From positions 140,622 to 204,621 of the IMG/VR virus record IMGVR_UViG_3300014720_000001: DNA of 64,000 nucleotides; one strand, written 5' to 3'. Every line of letters begins with the position of its first letter. Positions within the stretch are counted from its first letter, which is position 1. The notes beneath the pieces are model-generated. The model had not been told where the DNA came from and did no database searches. It was given only the letters and a program-made list of their open reading frames with translations. This document shows positions 45,331 through 55,041 of this stretch, piece after piece. The position numbers and the translations under genes are program-made.

Positions 45331-46623
45331 TTAACGGGTCAATCCGTTGTTTTTCTTTTGCCACCAATAGTCTGGCATGCCTTTGTTACTGCAGAATTTA
45401 CGGTGCCCCGTAATGTGCTCTGCGCGGGTATTCGCGTCGGCATAAAACAGCTCAAACAAGGATTTGAACCTCGGCAGATAATCCGTTTTCGGCTTGTTGC
45501 GATCTTTGAACAGCTCGGCTACCTGTTTTACAAGCGCCGTGCATGTTTTGACTGCTCGTCCGTCCTCGGAACCCAGATCTTTTGCTGCTGGGCACATTAC
45601 GCGGTTGAACACCTCGCTGGCAATCGGTTTGGTGATTGGTGCAGCTAGGTTTTCAATCAACGTTGGCGTTGTGTTGTGCAGCATGTGCGCCGTCATATTG
45701 CTGTGAATGAAACCGGGGCGCTCAAACTCTTCAATATAAAGCGCTAAACCCGCAATCATGTCGGCGCGCAATGAAGACGCGTTGCCGTGCCAGTGCGTAA
45801 ACTGTTCGTCTCCAAGTAGCTCAAAGACACGCTGCAGTACTTCTACGCCGTATCGCCGCACAATGCGTTCCAGCGTAGGCACCGCGCCAATTTCCGGCCA
45901 CGGCTTGATGCCTACGCGCAGCGCCAGAGAAAACCCGTGCGCTTCTACAAGTTCTTTGAGCGCCAGAAGCCGTTCTTCTTCAGACGTCAAGCGATTCTTG
46001 AGGATGTCAGAGATTGAGTGTGATCGTCGGCCGTAATTGCAATCGCTTGAAATCTCGGCTTCTTCTCGCACATTTTCCACAATCTGCACGCTGGCTTTGA
46101 TGTGCGTATAACCTAGTTCTTGCGCGGCAACTGTGCGGTGTACGCCGTCCGGCAGTGAGAAAATGATATCAATCAGTTCCTGCCGCTGGTCGTAAATACA
46201 CCGCACTGACACGCTCGGCAGCGACATCGATTTTGGGTGGAAATCCATGGCAATGTCAGCCACGTGATTCCAGTCCACAAGGCGATTGCGCGCCCACGCG
46301 TCATCAACCGTAAGCATGTTAATAGGAATCATGTGCGTCGGAATATCGAGCAGCTTGATTCCCTGCTGCTGCATACGGGCAACGTCCCGCTGCGAGTCTT
46401 CATGCAGCATTAGGATTTCGTCGTACAGCTCTCGTTTTTCGGCGAGCGTTGCTTCAGTGGTTTGAAACAGCAGCTTTCCTTGTCGCGCTGAGTCAAAGTT
46501 TTTGAACGTATACTTCTTGTGCGGGTTGCGCTTGCCGTGCACCGTAAATGCGCGCTGTTTTACTCCGCCAATAATGTCATCGTTGCTAGCGTTGTCGGCG
46601 TCGTCGGCATTGTTTGTTGCCAT
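45331..46623 (-). CDS. ParB/Srx-like N-terminal domain protein (DUF6551-like)
   Basis: LTVD...R.VD..HV..IA.DF...PDGVHRTVAA..LG...EEA. Confidence 0.7.
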   Translation of the reverse strand: MATNNADDADNASNDDIIGGVKQRAFTVHGKRNPHKKYTFKNFDSARQGKLLFQTTEATLAEKRELYDEILMLHEDSQRDVARMQQQGIKLLDIPTHMIPINMLTVDDAWARNRLVDWNHVADIAMDFHPKSMSLPSVSVRCIYDQRQELIDIIFSLPDGVHRTVAAQELGYTHIKASVQIVENVREEAEISSDCNYGRRSHSISDILKNRLTSEEERLLALKELVEAHGFSLALRVGIKPWPEIGAVPTLERIVRRYGVEVLQRVFELLGDEQFTHWHGNASSLRADMIAGLALYIEEFERPGFIHSNMTAHMLHNTTPTLIENLAAPITKPIASEVFNRVMCPAAKDLGSEDGRAVKTCTALVKQVAELFKDRNKPKTDYLPRFKSLFELFYADANTRAEHITGHRKFCSNKGMPDYWWQKKNNGLTR

Positions 46624-46641
46624 AATTTTCTCCCTAAAAAT

Positions 46642-46980
46642 TTAGCTTTGCGTAGCTACTTCCGGTTCGCCGCGCTCTACCTCTGCCGGCACCTCAATAT
46701 CCGGCAGCATTTCGTACATCCCCATTTCCATGTCGAGAATCAGGGGATTTTGTACGTCTGGGCCGCCGTAGATCAGGCAGCGCATATGCGGGTCTGCCGG
46801 TTTGCCCGCAATATGTTCGTGGATCATAGCCCACGTAATGATATAAAAGCGCTCGGCCGGCAGTCGGTCGACAAGGCTCTGCGGCAGGCTGCGGTTGTAG
46901 TGCAGCACGTCGCGAGAGATAAAGTTAATCTTGTCGAGCAGTTCTTTATCGAGGTACTTGTACTTACGGGGCTCAGCCAC
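46642..46980 (-). CDS. hypothetical protein
   Basis: 112 aa, AGGAG RBS. Confidence 0.7.
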   Translation of the reverse strand: MAEPRKYKYLDKELLDKINFISRDVLHYNRSLPQSLVDRLPAERFYIITWAMIHEHIAGKPADPHMRCLIYGGPDVQNPLILDMEMGMYEMLPDIEVPAEVERGEPEVATQS

Positions 46981-46989
46981 CGTTGTCTC

Positions 46990-47244
46990 CTAGCGTTTCC
47001 GCGCTTCTTGCGCGTTGTGAAATTTTATGATTGCTGCGGCGGCTTCGGCCGACTCTTTGTCTGAATAGCCTTCGAGCTTGACGCGCTCTTTGACGTAGCG
47101 GTACTCGCGCGAAGATGTATCGGGCTCAAAAGACTGAGTGGTGCTGGTTGTTGAGCCGGAAAATGACCCGGCAAGTAAACACCCAAGAACGAGCAGCACA
47201 ATGAAAACCGGCCACATGGATGCGTTGTTATTCTGATTGCTCAT
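46990..47244 (-). CDS. small membrane-anchored protein
   Basis: N-terminal hydrophobic helix. Confidence 0.7.
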   Translation of the reverse strand: MSNQNNNASMWPVFIVLLVLGCLLAGSFSGSTTSTTQSFEPDTSSREYRYVKERVKLEGYSDKESAEAAAAIIKFHNAQEARKR

Positions 47245-47572
47245 GTTTTTTCCTGTTGGTGCACCATTCGTCGATAGCTTTTATGGCGTTGGTGAGTTCG
47301 GGAATCCGTTCGTCTTCGTCAAAAATACCGTCGCCACGCGTATTGGTCGTGTAGACAGTCTCGCCGCCGCAGTACGGTACGTCGGCTCTAAAGTACCCGT
47401 GTCGCAAGCGCAGGTAGCCAACAAGTTCAATAACGCCCGGTTTAGTTTGCGTAAACACGTCGTACTGTTCTGGGCAGGCCGGGCACGTGCACTTGAGGAT
47501 GTAGTCCCCGATTTCGTAGTTGCGACCGTAGTACTCGTCGTCGCCGTAATCGTCTTCAGCTGGTTGGCTCAT
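47228..47572 (-). CDS. hypothetical phage protein
   Basis: TC.ACPEQYDV...VGYLRLRHG motif. Confidence 0.75.
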   Translation of the reverse strand: MSQPAEDDYGDDEYYGRNYEIGDYILKCTCPACPEQYDVFTQTKPGVIELVGYLRLRHGYFRADVPYCGGETVYTTNTRGDGIFDEDERIPELTNAIKAIDEWCTNRKKHEQSE

Positions 47573-47810
47573 CTGGCATCCGTTGAATATTTGGGAAGTG
47601 CTGATGAAATTGCTCTCGCGTCCAGAACAGCTCTGGCGCTTTCTCAGCTGCTAGTTCCATTTCGCTTTCCATGGGGTAATGCCTGAGAACTCGGCGCGCC
47701 CAGCCCCGGATATCTTTTGGAACGCGTGGTGTCTTCTTGGGGTCCAGCAGCGCGTACATGAATTCGCGCGCATAGTTTACGGCGCGCAACCGTTCGTCAG
47801 GCATTGTCAT
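47556..47810 (-). CDS. BPSL0761-like small phage protein
   Basis: MT.PDER.RA...PRVP..IR..AR..LRHYP. Confidence 0.75.
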   Translation of the reverse strand: MTMPDERLRAVNYAREFMYALLDPKKTPRVPKDIRGWARRVLRHYPMESEMELAAEKAPELFWTREQFHQHFPNIQRMPDEPTS

Positions 47811-47814
47811 TTGA

Positions 47815-48045
47815 TTAACCTCTTGTGTTACTACCTACGTACGCCCGCAGCCGCACAATTTCGGCTGCGGTAATAAGCCCGCCGCCCCATTCAACGAGTT
47901 TGTCAATTTGATCGTGTGTCCATTCGTCGTGGCCTGATTTGATGGAATCCCAGTCAATGACTTCCCATTCAACGCCTTTATCCATTTTGGCGTCGGCTAG
48001 GCCGCCTTCGACGACCACTAGTACGCGTTTTACTTTTTTAGCCAT
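47815..48045 (-). CDS. hypothetical protein
   Basis: V.VEGG...EVIDWD. Confidence 0.7.
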   Translation of the reverse strand: MAKKVKRVLVVVEGGLADAKMDKGVEWEVIDWDSIKSGHDEWTHDQIDKLVEWGGGLITAAEIVRLRAYVGSNTRG

Positions 48046-48259
48046 TGTCTATGTACTCATTAAAATCAAATCCAACTGCGTCGCCTAGCTTTTTCATATC
48101 TTCGCGAAAAGATTCGTCGTTGAGGTCCATTTCCGTCAGAATACGATCGGTTTCTTCGATGTAGTACGTGGACGCTACTCGGACAAACTCTAACGCCGTG
48201 ATTAGCTCGCTCTCGATACTACTGATTGGCTGGCGGGTTTTCTTTTTCTGGCTCGCCAC
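48038..48259 (-). CDS. hypothetical protein
   Basis: 73 aa. Confidence 0.65.
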   Translation of the reverse strand: MASQKKKTRQPISSIESELITALEFVRVASTYYIEETDRILTEMDLNDESFREDMKKLGDAVGFDFNEYIDNG

Positions 48260-48275
48260 TGTCGTGTGGTGTCCT

Positions 48276-48614
48276 TTACTCTAATGAAAACGAATTATTT
48301 CTGACGTCGTAATGATATGTAGGCACGGCCCACTCTTGCCGTCCTCGATCTGCGACGTAGCGCGCTTCTGCTTCTTTTTCTGTCCAGCGGCTGCGGGTTT
48401 CAAGCAGCAGTTGTTCCATTTCTTCCGGAGTGGGGTCAACGCCGCGCGACTTACCAGCGCCTCCGCGGCGTCTTCGCGGCAGCTTGTGTGCTTTGACAAG
48501 CCGCCGCAATTGCGAGTCGCTGATGCCCAGTTGCAGGCACATGTCCGCAAGCGGCACTTCGTTGTGCCATAGTTCAAACAGCTTCGGTATGTCCGCCTTC
48601 GGTCGCGGCGCCAT
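48276..48614 (-). CDS. HTH-like small protein
   Basis: LFELW....LADMC.QLGIS...L.RL...HKLPRR; start MAPRPK. Confidence 0.6.
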   Translation of the reverse strand: MAPRPKADIPKLFELWHNEVPLADMCLQLGISDSQLRRLVKAHKLPRRRRGGAGKSRGVDPTPEEMEQLLLETRSRWTEKEAEARYVADRGRQEWAVPTYHYDVRNNSFSLE

Positions 48615-49041
48615 TGTCGTCATCCTTGTCGTCGTCTTGGCGATACGGTACGTAGTTGTTTTTCTCGGCTTCAGTTGGGGATAGGGTGCGCATCCATGTA
48701 CCAGCGTGACACAGTTGCCCGCGTTCGCCGGTAACTTCGCACACAACGTATGACATGAGTTCCGCCATGTTGCACACACCCGACACGTATTCGTCACCGC
48801 CTTGGTAGTACAACCGCAGCCCACCGAACTTTTCTTTGATCTGCACAAACTCAACCGGCGGACATTCGGGTCGGTACTTCATGTGACTGGTGATGAGGTT
48901 GCACGCGCGGTTGATAATTTCAAACCACCCGTCGCCACACTCACAGCCAAAACACATCAGCGATTCCGTCGGGGGTTTGTCTTTGCCCTGAAACAGCTCT
49001 GGGTAGTCTTTGACGAGTTTCTGTTCAAGTTCGTCTCTCAT
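48574..49041 (-). CDS. hypothetical phage protein
   Basis: CGDGW..II...QIKEKFGGLR.Y...CEVTG family motif. Confidence 0.8.
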   Translation of the reverse strand: MRDELEQKLVKDYPELFQGKDKPPTESLMCFGCECGDGWFEIINRACNLITSHMKYRPECPPVEFVQIKEKFGGLRLYYQGGDEYVSGVCNMAELMSYVVCEVTGERGQLCHAGTWMRTLSPTEAEKNNYVPYRQDDDKDDDNGAATEGGHTEAV

Positions 49042-49312
49042 TTTTGCCGTCCTTTGGCGGTTTGCGTTTCTTCTTTGGCGCCGGTTCGTTTAAAGCTTTT
49101 TCCAGCTTACGGAGCAGATTACACAACGCATCTTGTACGTCAAATGCCTTGTCTAACTCGGTGTATTTTGGCTCTGGTACGTACGGATCGTCCTGTGTTT
49201 TGCGGCTCTCGTTGTACTCTCGAATTAGGTCAATCTTGTGCTTCACCAGCGCTGCGTTTACGACGCGCAGCGCTTCATACGCTAACTGCGCTTCTTGCGC
49301 TGTGAGTTTCAT
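49025..49312 (-). CDS. hypothetical protein
   Basis: 95 aa. Confidence 0.7.
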   Translation of the reverse strand: MKLTAQEAQLAYEALRVVNAALVKHKIDLIREYNESRKTQDDPYVPEPKYTELDKAFDVQDALCNLLRKLEKALNEPAPKKKRKPPKDGKNERRT

Positions 49313-49313
49313 G

Positions 49314-49841
49314 TCACTCTGCCGCGGCCATTACGCGCCGGCGGCCTTTCTTTTCGACGCTGTTAACAGGCTGAATGTGCGCCAGTTTGTCGATAGGAAT
49401 AATACCGGCCATGTGCCGGATAAACGACTGCTCAAACTGTTGCTTGGTCATCGTTTTGTTGCATTCCAATCCTTCGGTAATCTCGACAAGGTCGCCTAGG
49501 TATTTGACCTGTCCATCTTTAGCGAGCCGGCATTTCCACGTGGCTTCGCCGCCACCTCGTCGGCGCATTTTGATGCCCACGATTGCTTCGCCGCAGCGAA
49601 CATAGCTGCCAAAACGCGCCAGCGGTATGTGTAACTCGTCGCGTTCAGGAAGAAAGTGCGGCACGTCTAGATCGAGCTTTTTGATATTTTCCCAAAGGTC
49701 CGGAAGGCACGTCTCTAAGAACGCTTGCTGCCGGCGGGCTATTCGGTCTTCTTCTTTCTTCTCTTGCGCACGCAGCTTGTCGCAAACTGCTCGCTGCTGC
49801 GCCACGATTAAACCTAGTAGCTCATGGTTTTGCTGTTCCAT
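49314..49841 (-). CDS. hypothetical protein
   Basis: 175 aa. Confidence 0.7.
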   Translation of the reverse strand: MEQQNHELLGLIVAQQRAVCDKLRAQEKKEEDRIARRQQAFLETCLPDLWENIKKLDLDVPHFLPERDELHIPLARFGSYVRCGEAIVGIKMRRRGGGEATWKCRLAKDGQVKYLGDLVEITEGLECNKTMTKQQFEQSFIRHMAGIIPIDKLAHIQPVNSVEKKGRRRVMAAAE

Positions 49842-50091
49842 TGTCGTTCTCCACGACCTCCCAGCCGATGTGTTGAAAGACGCGCTGTGTCGCGCGGAAA
49901 TCGTCTCCGTCGTCTAAACCCGGGATAACCAGCACGAGCGTTTTGTTTTTCTTATCAATACGAAACGTCGTGCCGGATCTCGGGATGCCCCACACTGCGT
50001 CCTGCGCTGCCGCAGCTACAAGGCTGCGGCACCAATCCAGCACAGACTCAGACGGATTGTCCAGCTCAAAGTTATCATTGAGCGCTACCAT
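49822..50091 (-). CDS. hypothetical protein
   Basis: Start MVALND. Confidence 0.65.
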   Translation of the reverse strand: MVALNDNFELDNPSESVLDWCRSLVAAAAQDAVWGIPRSGTTFRIDKKNKTLVLVIPGLDDGDDFRATQRVFQHIGWEVVENDNGTAKP

Positions 50092-50602
50092 CAGTTTGCT
50101 CTGCTCCGGAGGACAAGGGTTCCGTTTTAAAGTAATTGTTAGCGACCGCGGCCCGGATATAGTCGCCCACCAATAGATCGTGCCCAACTTCGAGCTTGGC
50201 AAACTCTCGCAGAAGGTCGCTGGGGTACGTGGTTTTGTAGTTCAGCACGTCCGGCCAGCTGGCGGCTTCTTCGGCGTAATGCTGGTCAAACCCGGCGGCT
50301 TTGTACAGGTTTACTACGGCCGCGTGGTAGAAATTCTCAGCGTTCTCGCCCTGAAACGACACCGGGCCCGCTGGCTGCGGCTGCCCGTCTTCTAGTTCGT
50401 CGCACGCGGCTTGGTGATCAAGTTCTGCCAGATCGACGAGTGCTCGCGATAAGGCAGACACAACGATCTCCGCCTGTTCAATTTTGTCGTCGTCACAGAA
50501 GCTGGCAGCAAACGCACGCAGCGCTAGTTCCCGCAGACTGTCCGCGGTTGCCAGCTCTTTATTGGCCACGATATAGCGCAGCCGCAGATCGTCTTTGCTC
50601 AT
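50075..50602 (-). CDS. hypothetical protein
   Basis: 175 aa. Confidence 0.7.
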   Translation of the reverse strand: MSKDDLRLRYIVANKELATADSLRELALRAFAASFCDDDKIEQAEIVVSALSRALVDLAELDHQAACDELEDGQPQPAGPVSFQGENAENFYHAAVVNLYKAAGFDQHYAEEAASWPDVLNYKTTYPSDLLREFAKLEVGHDLLVGDYIRAAVANNYFKTEPLSSGAEQTDGSAQ

Positions 50603-50976
50603 ACCGAACTGGTCTCCGTTTGCGTTTCAAAGTATTTTTTTATCTCGTCGCGCCAGACATATGCCTGTGACCCGCGCCCGAATTTAGCCGGCGCAATAAT
50701 CCCAAAGTCTCGAATCATGCTGGACAGTGCGTCGAGCCCGTAGACCCCCCGCATTTGGTTTACAGGTTTACCGTCGGGACCAGAGATTGTGTATTTGGGG
50801 TTGCTGAAGTCGCTTTCGTAGATCGACGTACACCGGCTCACCATGGCCGGCGGGACACCAATTTCTTCAAACGCTTTTGGGTCCATGATCGTATGGCCGT
50901 CACAAAGTTCCGCCGCGGCTAGCACAATGTCTTTGGGAATGTCTGTCCAGCGAATTGTCGTGTCGTCAAGCGTCAT
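50599..50976 (-). CDS. hypothetical protein
   Basis: 125 aa. Confidence 0.7.
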   Translation of the reverse strand: MTLDDTTIRWTDIPKDIVLAAAELCDGHTIMDPKAFEEIGVPPAMVSRCTSIYESDFSNPKYTISGPDGKPVNQMRGVYGLDALSSMIRDFGIIAPAKFGRGSQAYVWRDEIKKYFETQTETSSV

Positions 50977-51220
50977 CGATTTGCTCCTCGTATACGCTGT
51001 CGTAGTTGTCCTCGTTGTCTGCGGTCAGACCTTCGTACTCGGCAAGGCACTCAGAACAAACAAGCCGGTTAACCCAGCGCTGCGCGTCCGAGACTTCAAT
51101 CTCTTTGTCGCACGCGGCGCACGGAATGATGGTGTCGTTCAGGTAGGCCAGCAGCTGCTCTTCGTCCAGCTCGGCCATGTCTTCGACTGTGGAATGGATG
51201 GACTGCATGGGCGTCTCCAT
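50966..51220 (-). CDS. acidic Zn-finger-like small protein
   Basis: CAAC...CSEC. Confidence 0.65.
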   Translation of the reverse strand: METPMQSIHSTVEDMAELDEEQLLAYLNDTIIPCAACDKEIEVSDAQRWVNRLVCSECLAEYEGLTADNEDNYDSVYEEQIDDA

Positions 51221-51227
51221 ATGAGAT

Positions 51228-51260
51228 GCCCGGGCGGTAGTTTTTGCCTACCGCCCGGGC
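51228..51260 (-). other. intergenic 13-bp hairpin
   Basis: GCCCGGGCGGTAG / CTACCGCCCGGGC. Confidence 0.5.
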
Positions 51261-51279
51261 GAGGGGATTCTTTTAGATA

Positions 51280-51921
51280 TCAGTCAAGCACGCGGGCCAC
51301 AGTGTTGTCCCGGGCAATGGTGCGCTGGTACGTGATCCGATACGTTCCGGGCGGCAGCAGCCAGTCGCCATGCTCGGGATGCGTGACAGTGTTGGGCTTT
51401 TCCAGCCGGAAGATCGGGCCGGCAAACTCCAGCAAGGCGCGGGCGTCCTGACTGAACACGATACCTGTGCTGTTTGATGTGGCGGCGTTGAAGTTGCTGC
51501 GCCGGCGGATCTCCCACTCGGCGTTGTTCAGCTTGGTACGCCAGTCAGCGTCAGCCGACGTCAAGCCGTGCTGCTTCGCCAGATGCTGCCGCATGGTGTC
51601 GCTATCGCGGCCGACCGGCTGGTACACCGTCACGCCGTCGCCGTGTGCAAGGCAGTGTCGGCTGCCCTTGGTGTTACCCTCAGCAAGCTGCATGGGAAAG
51701 CTGGGCGTAGCCGGCTCGTACAGCATGGGCGCCTTGTCGACGTCGGGGATCAGCTGAATGTAAATATCGCCCTGCCGAACGGCGTCGCCAACGCTGGCGG
51801 CTTCCGGAAACTGCTGGGGCTGGTCGTTTTTGATCTGCTCGACAATATGCTGCGCAAGGCGTAGCGCCGCAACGGTCGGGTGCGTGGGGAGAGAAGGGGC
51901 GTCAAGAACTGCAGTGCTCAT
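51280..51921 (-). CDS. conserved phage protein, partner of DUF6745
   Basis: RQGD, LAEG..GSRH, HPEH...LPPG.Y...QR. Confidence 0.75.
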   Translation of the reverse strand: MSTAVLDAPSLPTHPTVAALRLAQHIVEQIKNDQPQQFPEAASVGDAVRQGDIYIQLIPDVDKAPMLYEPATPSFPMQLAEGNTKGSRHCLAHGDGVTVYQPVGRDSDTMRQHLAKQHGLTSADADWRTKLNNAEWEIRRRSNFNAATSNSTGIVFSQDARALLEFAGPIFRLEKPNTVTHPEHGDWLLPPGTYRITYQRTIARDNTVARVLD

Positions 51922-51930
51922 GTAAACCTT

Positions 51931-53370
51931 TCAGGAAGCGCCGACAACGCGAATAGGCGATGCGGCATAGGAAAGCGCAAGACTAGAACCAGAGTTAGCC
52001 ATCCAAGCCTGTGCTTCTGCGCATGAAGTAACGTCGCGCGGAACGCTCAGGAAATACTGCCGACCAGTAGACCGGCAGAACAACACCATACGATTAGGTC
52101 CAATCATGGCAGAGCTGTCATTAGCTTGCCGCGGCGGACCAACCAGCATCTCGACCGTGTTGTCGACGTCGTTACGCCGCTGATCGAGTACCGGGCAGTC
52201 TGCCTCTGCAATAAACTTTTCCCAGCCGTACTTTTCAATGGCCAGTCGCCGGGTTTCTTCGTTGCGGATCTGGAGAATCTGCGACGTGGTTAATTTGTGG
52301 GGCTCCATGACGATGCGCTTACCGCACTCGTCCATCTGGTGCCCGTCGTTAAACCACAGCCGCGTGCCGTCAGCCCACGACACAGCTGGGCCAGAAGCGT
52401 TATGCAGGTTGTCTTCGTCGTTCAGGCAAACCGTTGGCCGATCCGCGAGCACGATGCAAGACTTCTGGAACGTGACAAACGCCGTGCAGTGGTGAAACAC
52501 TTCGTGCTCCCACGTCATCTCCGGGTCGTCGATCTTCAGGATGCGACACAGAATCTCGGCGTCGGCGGCCTTTGGAATCATACCCAGAAACACAGAGCCG
52601 TTGTCTTCTTCCTGCGTTTGCATCAAGTCATTGATATCAATAGCCCGGCGCAGGCTGTTGCTGGCGTGCAGCGTCGTGTTGCTGTCCCAGATAATCTGCC
52701 CCACCACCGGACGCAGTGCAAGCTCTGCCTTTTGCGTTACGCTGGTTACGGGCCGACCATCCCAGCCGCGCGACGTTTGAGACACGCCTTCAATACCGTA
52801 GTGGTCGTACAGCATGGACCGAAGGATCGGTACAACGAGCGACGTGTCGTTAGACCGGTAGGCCAGCTCTACAGCGTTGCTCTGATTAAACACGCGACTG
52901 CGCCACCAGCGCCGGTTCAGGCCGGTCGTACTTGCCGCGCTGTGCTCACGCGTCAGATACTCTTCGTGAATGGCGCGCAGCCACGTACGGATAAATTCGT
53001 TTTTGTTGGCGTGCCACCACTTGTTGGTGTCGGAGTTCCACTTGGAGAGATTGTCTCTGCGCAACGCGGACAGAAAGCCGTCGTCAATATCCAGCGTCTT
53101 GCACAGTTCCGCGGCGTCCTTTTTGTTCATACGCCCGCGGACAACCGTCGTTGCAATCGCCAGCGCAGCGGGCGATTTGACGACATGAAACGTCACGTCT
53201 TGATGCTTGTTGCGGTCGTAGCGAACTGCGCCAATGCCGTTTTTGTAGCCGGCGCGCAGATACTCCTTGGCTTTCTCAATATTGGGCGTGCCCTCGGTAA
53301 GCGTGTGCACCCAGCGTTCAAGCGTATTGCGGACAATCGTGCGATTTGCTTTTGAGATTTTGGACTTCAT
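51931..53370 (-). CDS. DUF6745 domain protein
   Basis: LHNASGPAVSWADG, NEETRRLAIEKYGWE, C.STGR.YFL.VP. Confidence 0.75.
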   Translation of the reverse strand: MKSKISKANRTIVRNTLERWVHTLTEGTPNIEKAKEYLRAGYKNGIGAVRYDRNKHQDVTFHVVKSPAALAIATTVVRGRMNKKDAAELCKTLDIDDGFLSALRRDNLSKWNSDTNKWWHANKNEFIRTWLRAIHEEYLTREHSAASTTGLNRRWWRSRVFNQSNAVELAYRSNDTSLVVPILRSMLYDHYGIEGVSQTSRGWDGRPVTSVTQKAELALRPVVGQIIWDSNTTLHASNSLRRAIDINDLMQTQEEDNGSVFLGMIPKAADAEILCRILKIDDPEMTWEHEVFHHCTAFVTFQKSCIVLADRPTVCLNDEDNLHNASGPAVSWADGTRLWFNDGHQMDECGKRIVMEPHKLTTSQILQIRNEETRRLAIEKYGWEKFIAEADCPVLDQRRNDVDNTVEMLVGPPRQANDSSAMIGPNRMVLFCRSTGRQYFLSVPRDVTSCAEAQAWMANSGSSLALSYAASPIRVVGAS

Positions 53371-53825
53371 GTCAGGTTTACGTGGACGATCGGGTCAACA
53401 AAGCCACAGTCGATCATGTTGTTATTGATAACAATTTCGAACGTCTCGAACTGGTCGCAGGCGTCTTCCCAGCTTTTGGGAATTCGAATCACTTCTGCAA
53501 AATCGTCGCCGCCTACTAACTCGCGGCTATTGTCGTACCACTCGTCGTCTTCGTTCGGATTGCAGTACTGCGCGTAGACGACGTGCGAACCAGACTGCGC
53601 GGCGTCCAGATCTCGCGGAATGCCGTTGCTCATCAGGTAAATACCGCGGTCGTGCACGAACAGCAGACCCGGGCCGACTGGCGTGCGCTCGGTCGGCGGC
53701 GTCAGTCCGAGCTGTTCAAACTCGGCGTCCGTCATGTTTTCGTGCCCCATGTCAAACTCAGTGGCGGCACGGGCATGCACGATAATCCGCTTTAAATCAG
53801 CTGCTTTGAACCGGCAGATCGGCAT
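53367..53825 (-). CDS. DUF3085 family protein
   Basis: VHDRGIYLMSN, YA..CNP, GGDDFAE. Confidence 0.8.
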   Translation of the reverse strand: MPICRFKAADLKRIIVHARAATEFDMGHENMTDAEFEQLGLTPPTERTPVGPGLLFVHDRGIYLMSNGIPRDLDAAQSGSHVVYAQYCNPNEDDEWYDNSRELVGGDDFAEVIRIPKSWEDACDQFETFEIVINNNMIDCGFVDPIVHVNLT

Positions 53826-54024
53826 CTTTTAACTCCAGTACTACAAAACCGACGGGGTTGTATTTGGTCAGCCGGGCCGCGTCGGTTTCGGCTTCGGTTT
53901 TATCGGTGTATACCTGCCCGGGTGTTACCCCGGCGGCGGCACACGTCGGCCCGCGGTATGCCCACGGGGCTGTGGCGCCTTCAAACGCCCGCGACGACTT
54001 CATGATGATGTACTTGGTCGGCAT
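53797..54024 (-). CDS. hypothetical protein
   Basis: 75 aa, AGGAG RBS. Confidence 0.65.
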   Translation of the reverse strand: MPTKYIIMKSSRAFEGATAPWAYRGPTCAAAGVTPGQVYTDKTEAETDAARLTKYNPVGFVVLELKDADLPVQSS

Positions 54025-54379
54025 CAGCCAGCTCCTTCTCTAGGTTTTTACCGCGCCCAAACATCCACGCGTCGTTGTCGTTGGGCTTGATGCAGCGGAG
54101 CCAGTCAGCGAGGGTGGGTATGCGCCCAAGATCTTCGTTGACGTGCTGTTCGCCGATGTAGCGGACTGGCACAACGCGGCCGTCGCTGTTTGTGATCGTT
54201 TTGCCAAAGATCCTTTCTGATAAGAAAATACCTTCGGAGTGGTGCCGCAGCGCGCGGTGGCGAAAGTCGGCCATGTGCGCCTTGGATTCATCAAACCAGT
54301 CATGAATCGGCTGGTAGTCTTCTACGCAGCCGCCCCACTTGCGCACTGACGATAGCGCGTGGTGATAGGGATGGGCCAT
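53981..54379 (-). CDS. DUF6915-like protein
   Basis: HPYHHALSS..KWGG...HDWFDESK...HRALRHHSEG...EQHV.ED.G.IP. Confidence 0.75.
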   Translation of the reverse strand: MAHPYHHALSSVRKWGGCVEDYQPIHDWFDESKAHMADFRHRALRHHSEGIFLSERIFGKTITNSDGRVVPVRYIGEQHVNEDLGRIPTLADWLRCIKPNDNDAWMFGRGKNLEKELADADQVHHHEVVAGV

Positions 54380-54380
54380 G

Positions 54381-54590
54381 TTACTCGTTTGTGTACATGT
54401 CTAAAGTCATTTGCAGGTCTTCGTGCGTAGCAGACCAATCGTGTTTGTCTTCAACTACAGACGCTGCATGCTCCCACGCGTCGTCGTCTTGTCGGCTAAA
54501 CTGCAGCGCGTCCCACCACGCCAAAATAATGCTTTTTACGCCGCGGCTTTTTGCGTCTTTGAGGTTTTCAATTGCATCGTCAATAGTCAT
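54381..54590 (-). CDS. hypothetical protein
   Basis: Start MTIDDA. Confidence 0.6.
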   Translation of the reverse strand: MTIDDAIENLKDAKSRGVKSIILAWWDALQFSRQDDDAWEHAASVVEDKHDWSATHEDLQMTLDMYTNE

Positions 54591-54591
54591 G

Positions 54592-55038
54592 TCACCACTC
54601 TTGCCGGCTTGTGTTGGTTTCGACAATGCGCTCGTTGTGCACAAGCTTGACTTTGCTTTTGAGTACGTCGATTTCAATGTCGCCGTAACTGCCTTCGTTA
54701 ATCTCCCAGCCGCCGGGCAGCAGTTCAAAAAGCAGCTCGTAGAGCGCGTCGAGCTGTTCGGCCGTGATCAGCGGGTTAGGGTTGGCCCCTGTTGGAACAG
54801 CGTACATGCCTTTAAACTGCTCAAAGTACATGTAACGGCCGTTCGTATTTGAATCTATTGCGTCGCTATCGTGCGTTGTATACCTGTCTGCGAAACAGAA
54901 CCGGGTGTCAGACAGGTCGCCGGAATCGCCGCTATTGTCGTACGTTGTTAAAACGCGCGTGACGCCGATCGCTGCAAGCAGCGGGCAAAACTCTTTAATC
55001 TTTTCGGCCGGGGGAAGGATTTTTTTGGTCTTAGCCAT
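54592..55038 (-). CDS. DUF6878-like protein
   Basis: YD.SGDSG and GWEINEGSYG motifs; typical neighbour of DUF6915. Confidence 0.7.
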   Translation of the reverse strand: MAKTKKILPPAEKIKEFCPLLAAIGVTRVLTTYDNSGDSGDLSDTRFCFADRYTTHDSDAIDSNTNGRYMYFEQFKGMYAVPTGANPNPLITAEQLDALYELLFELLPGGWEINEGSYGDIEIDVLKSKVKLVHNERIVETNTSRQEW

Positions 55039-55041
55039 ATG

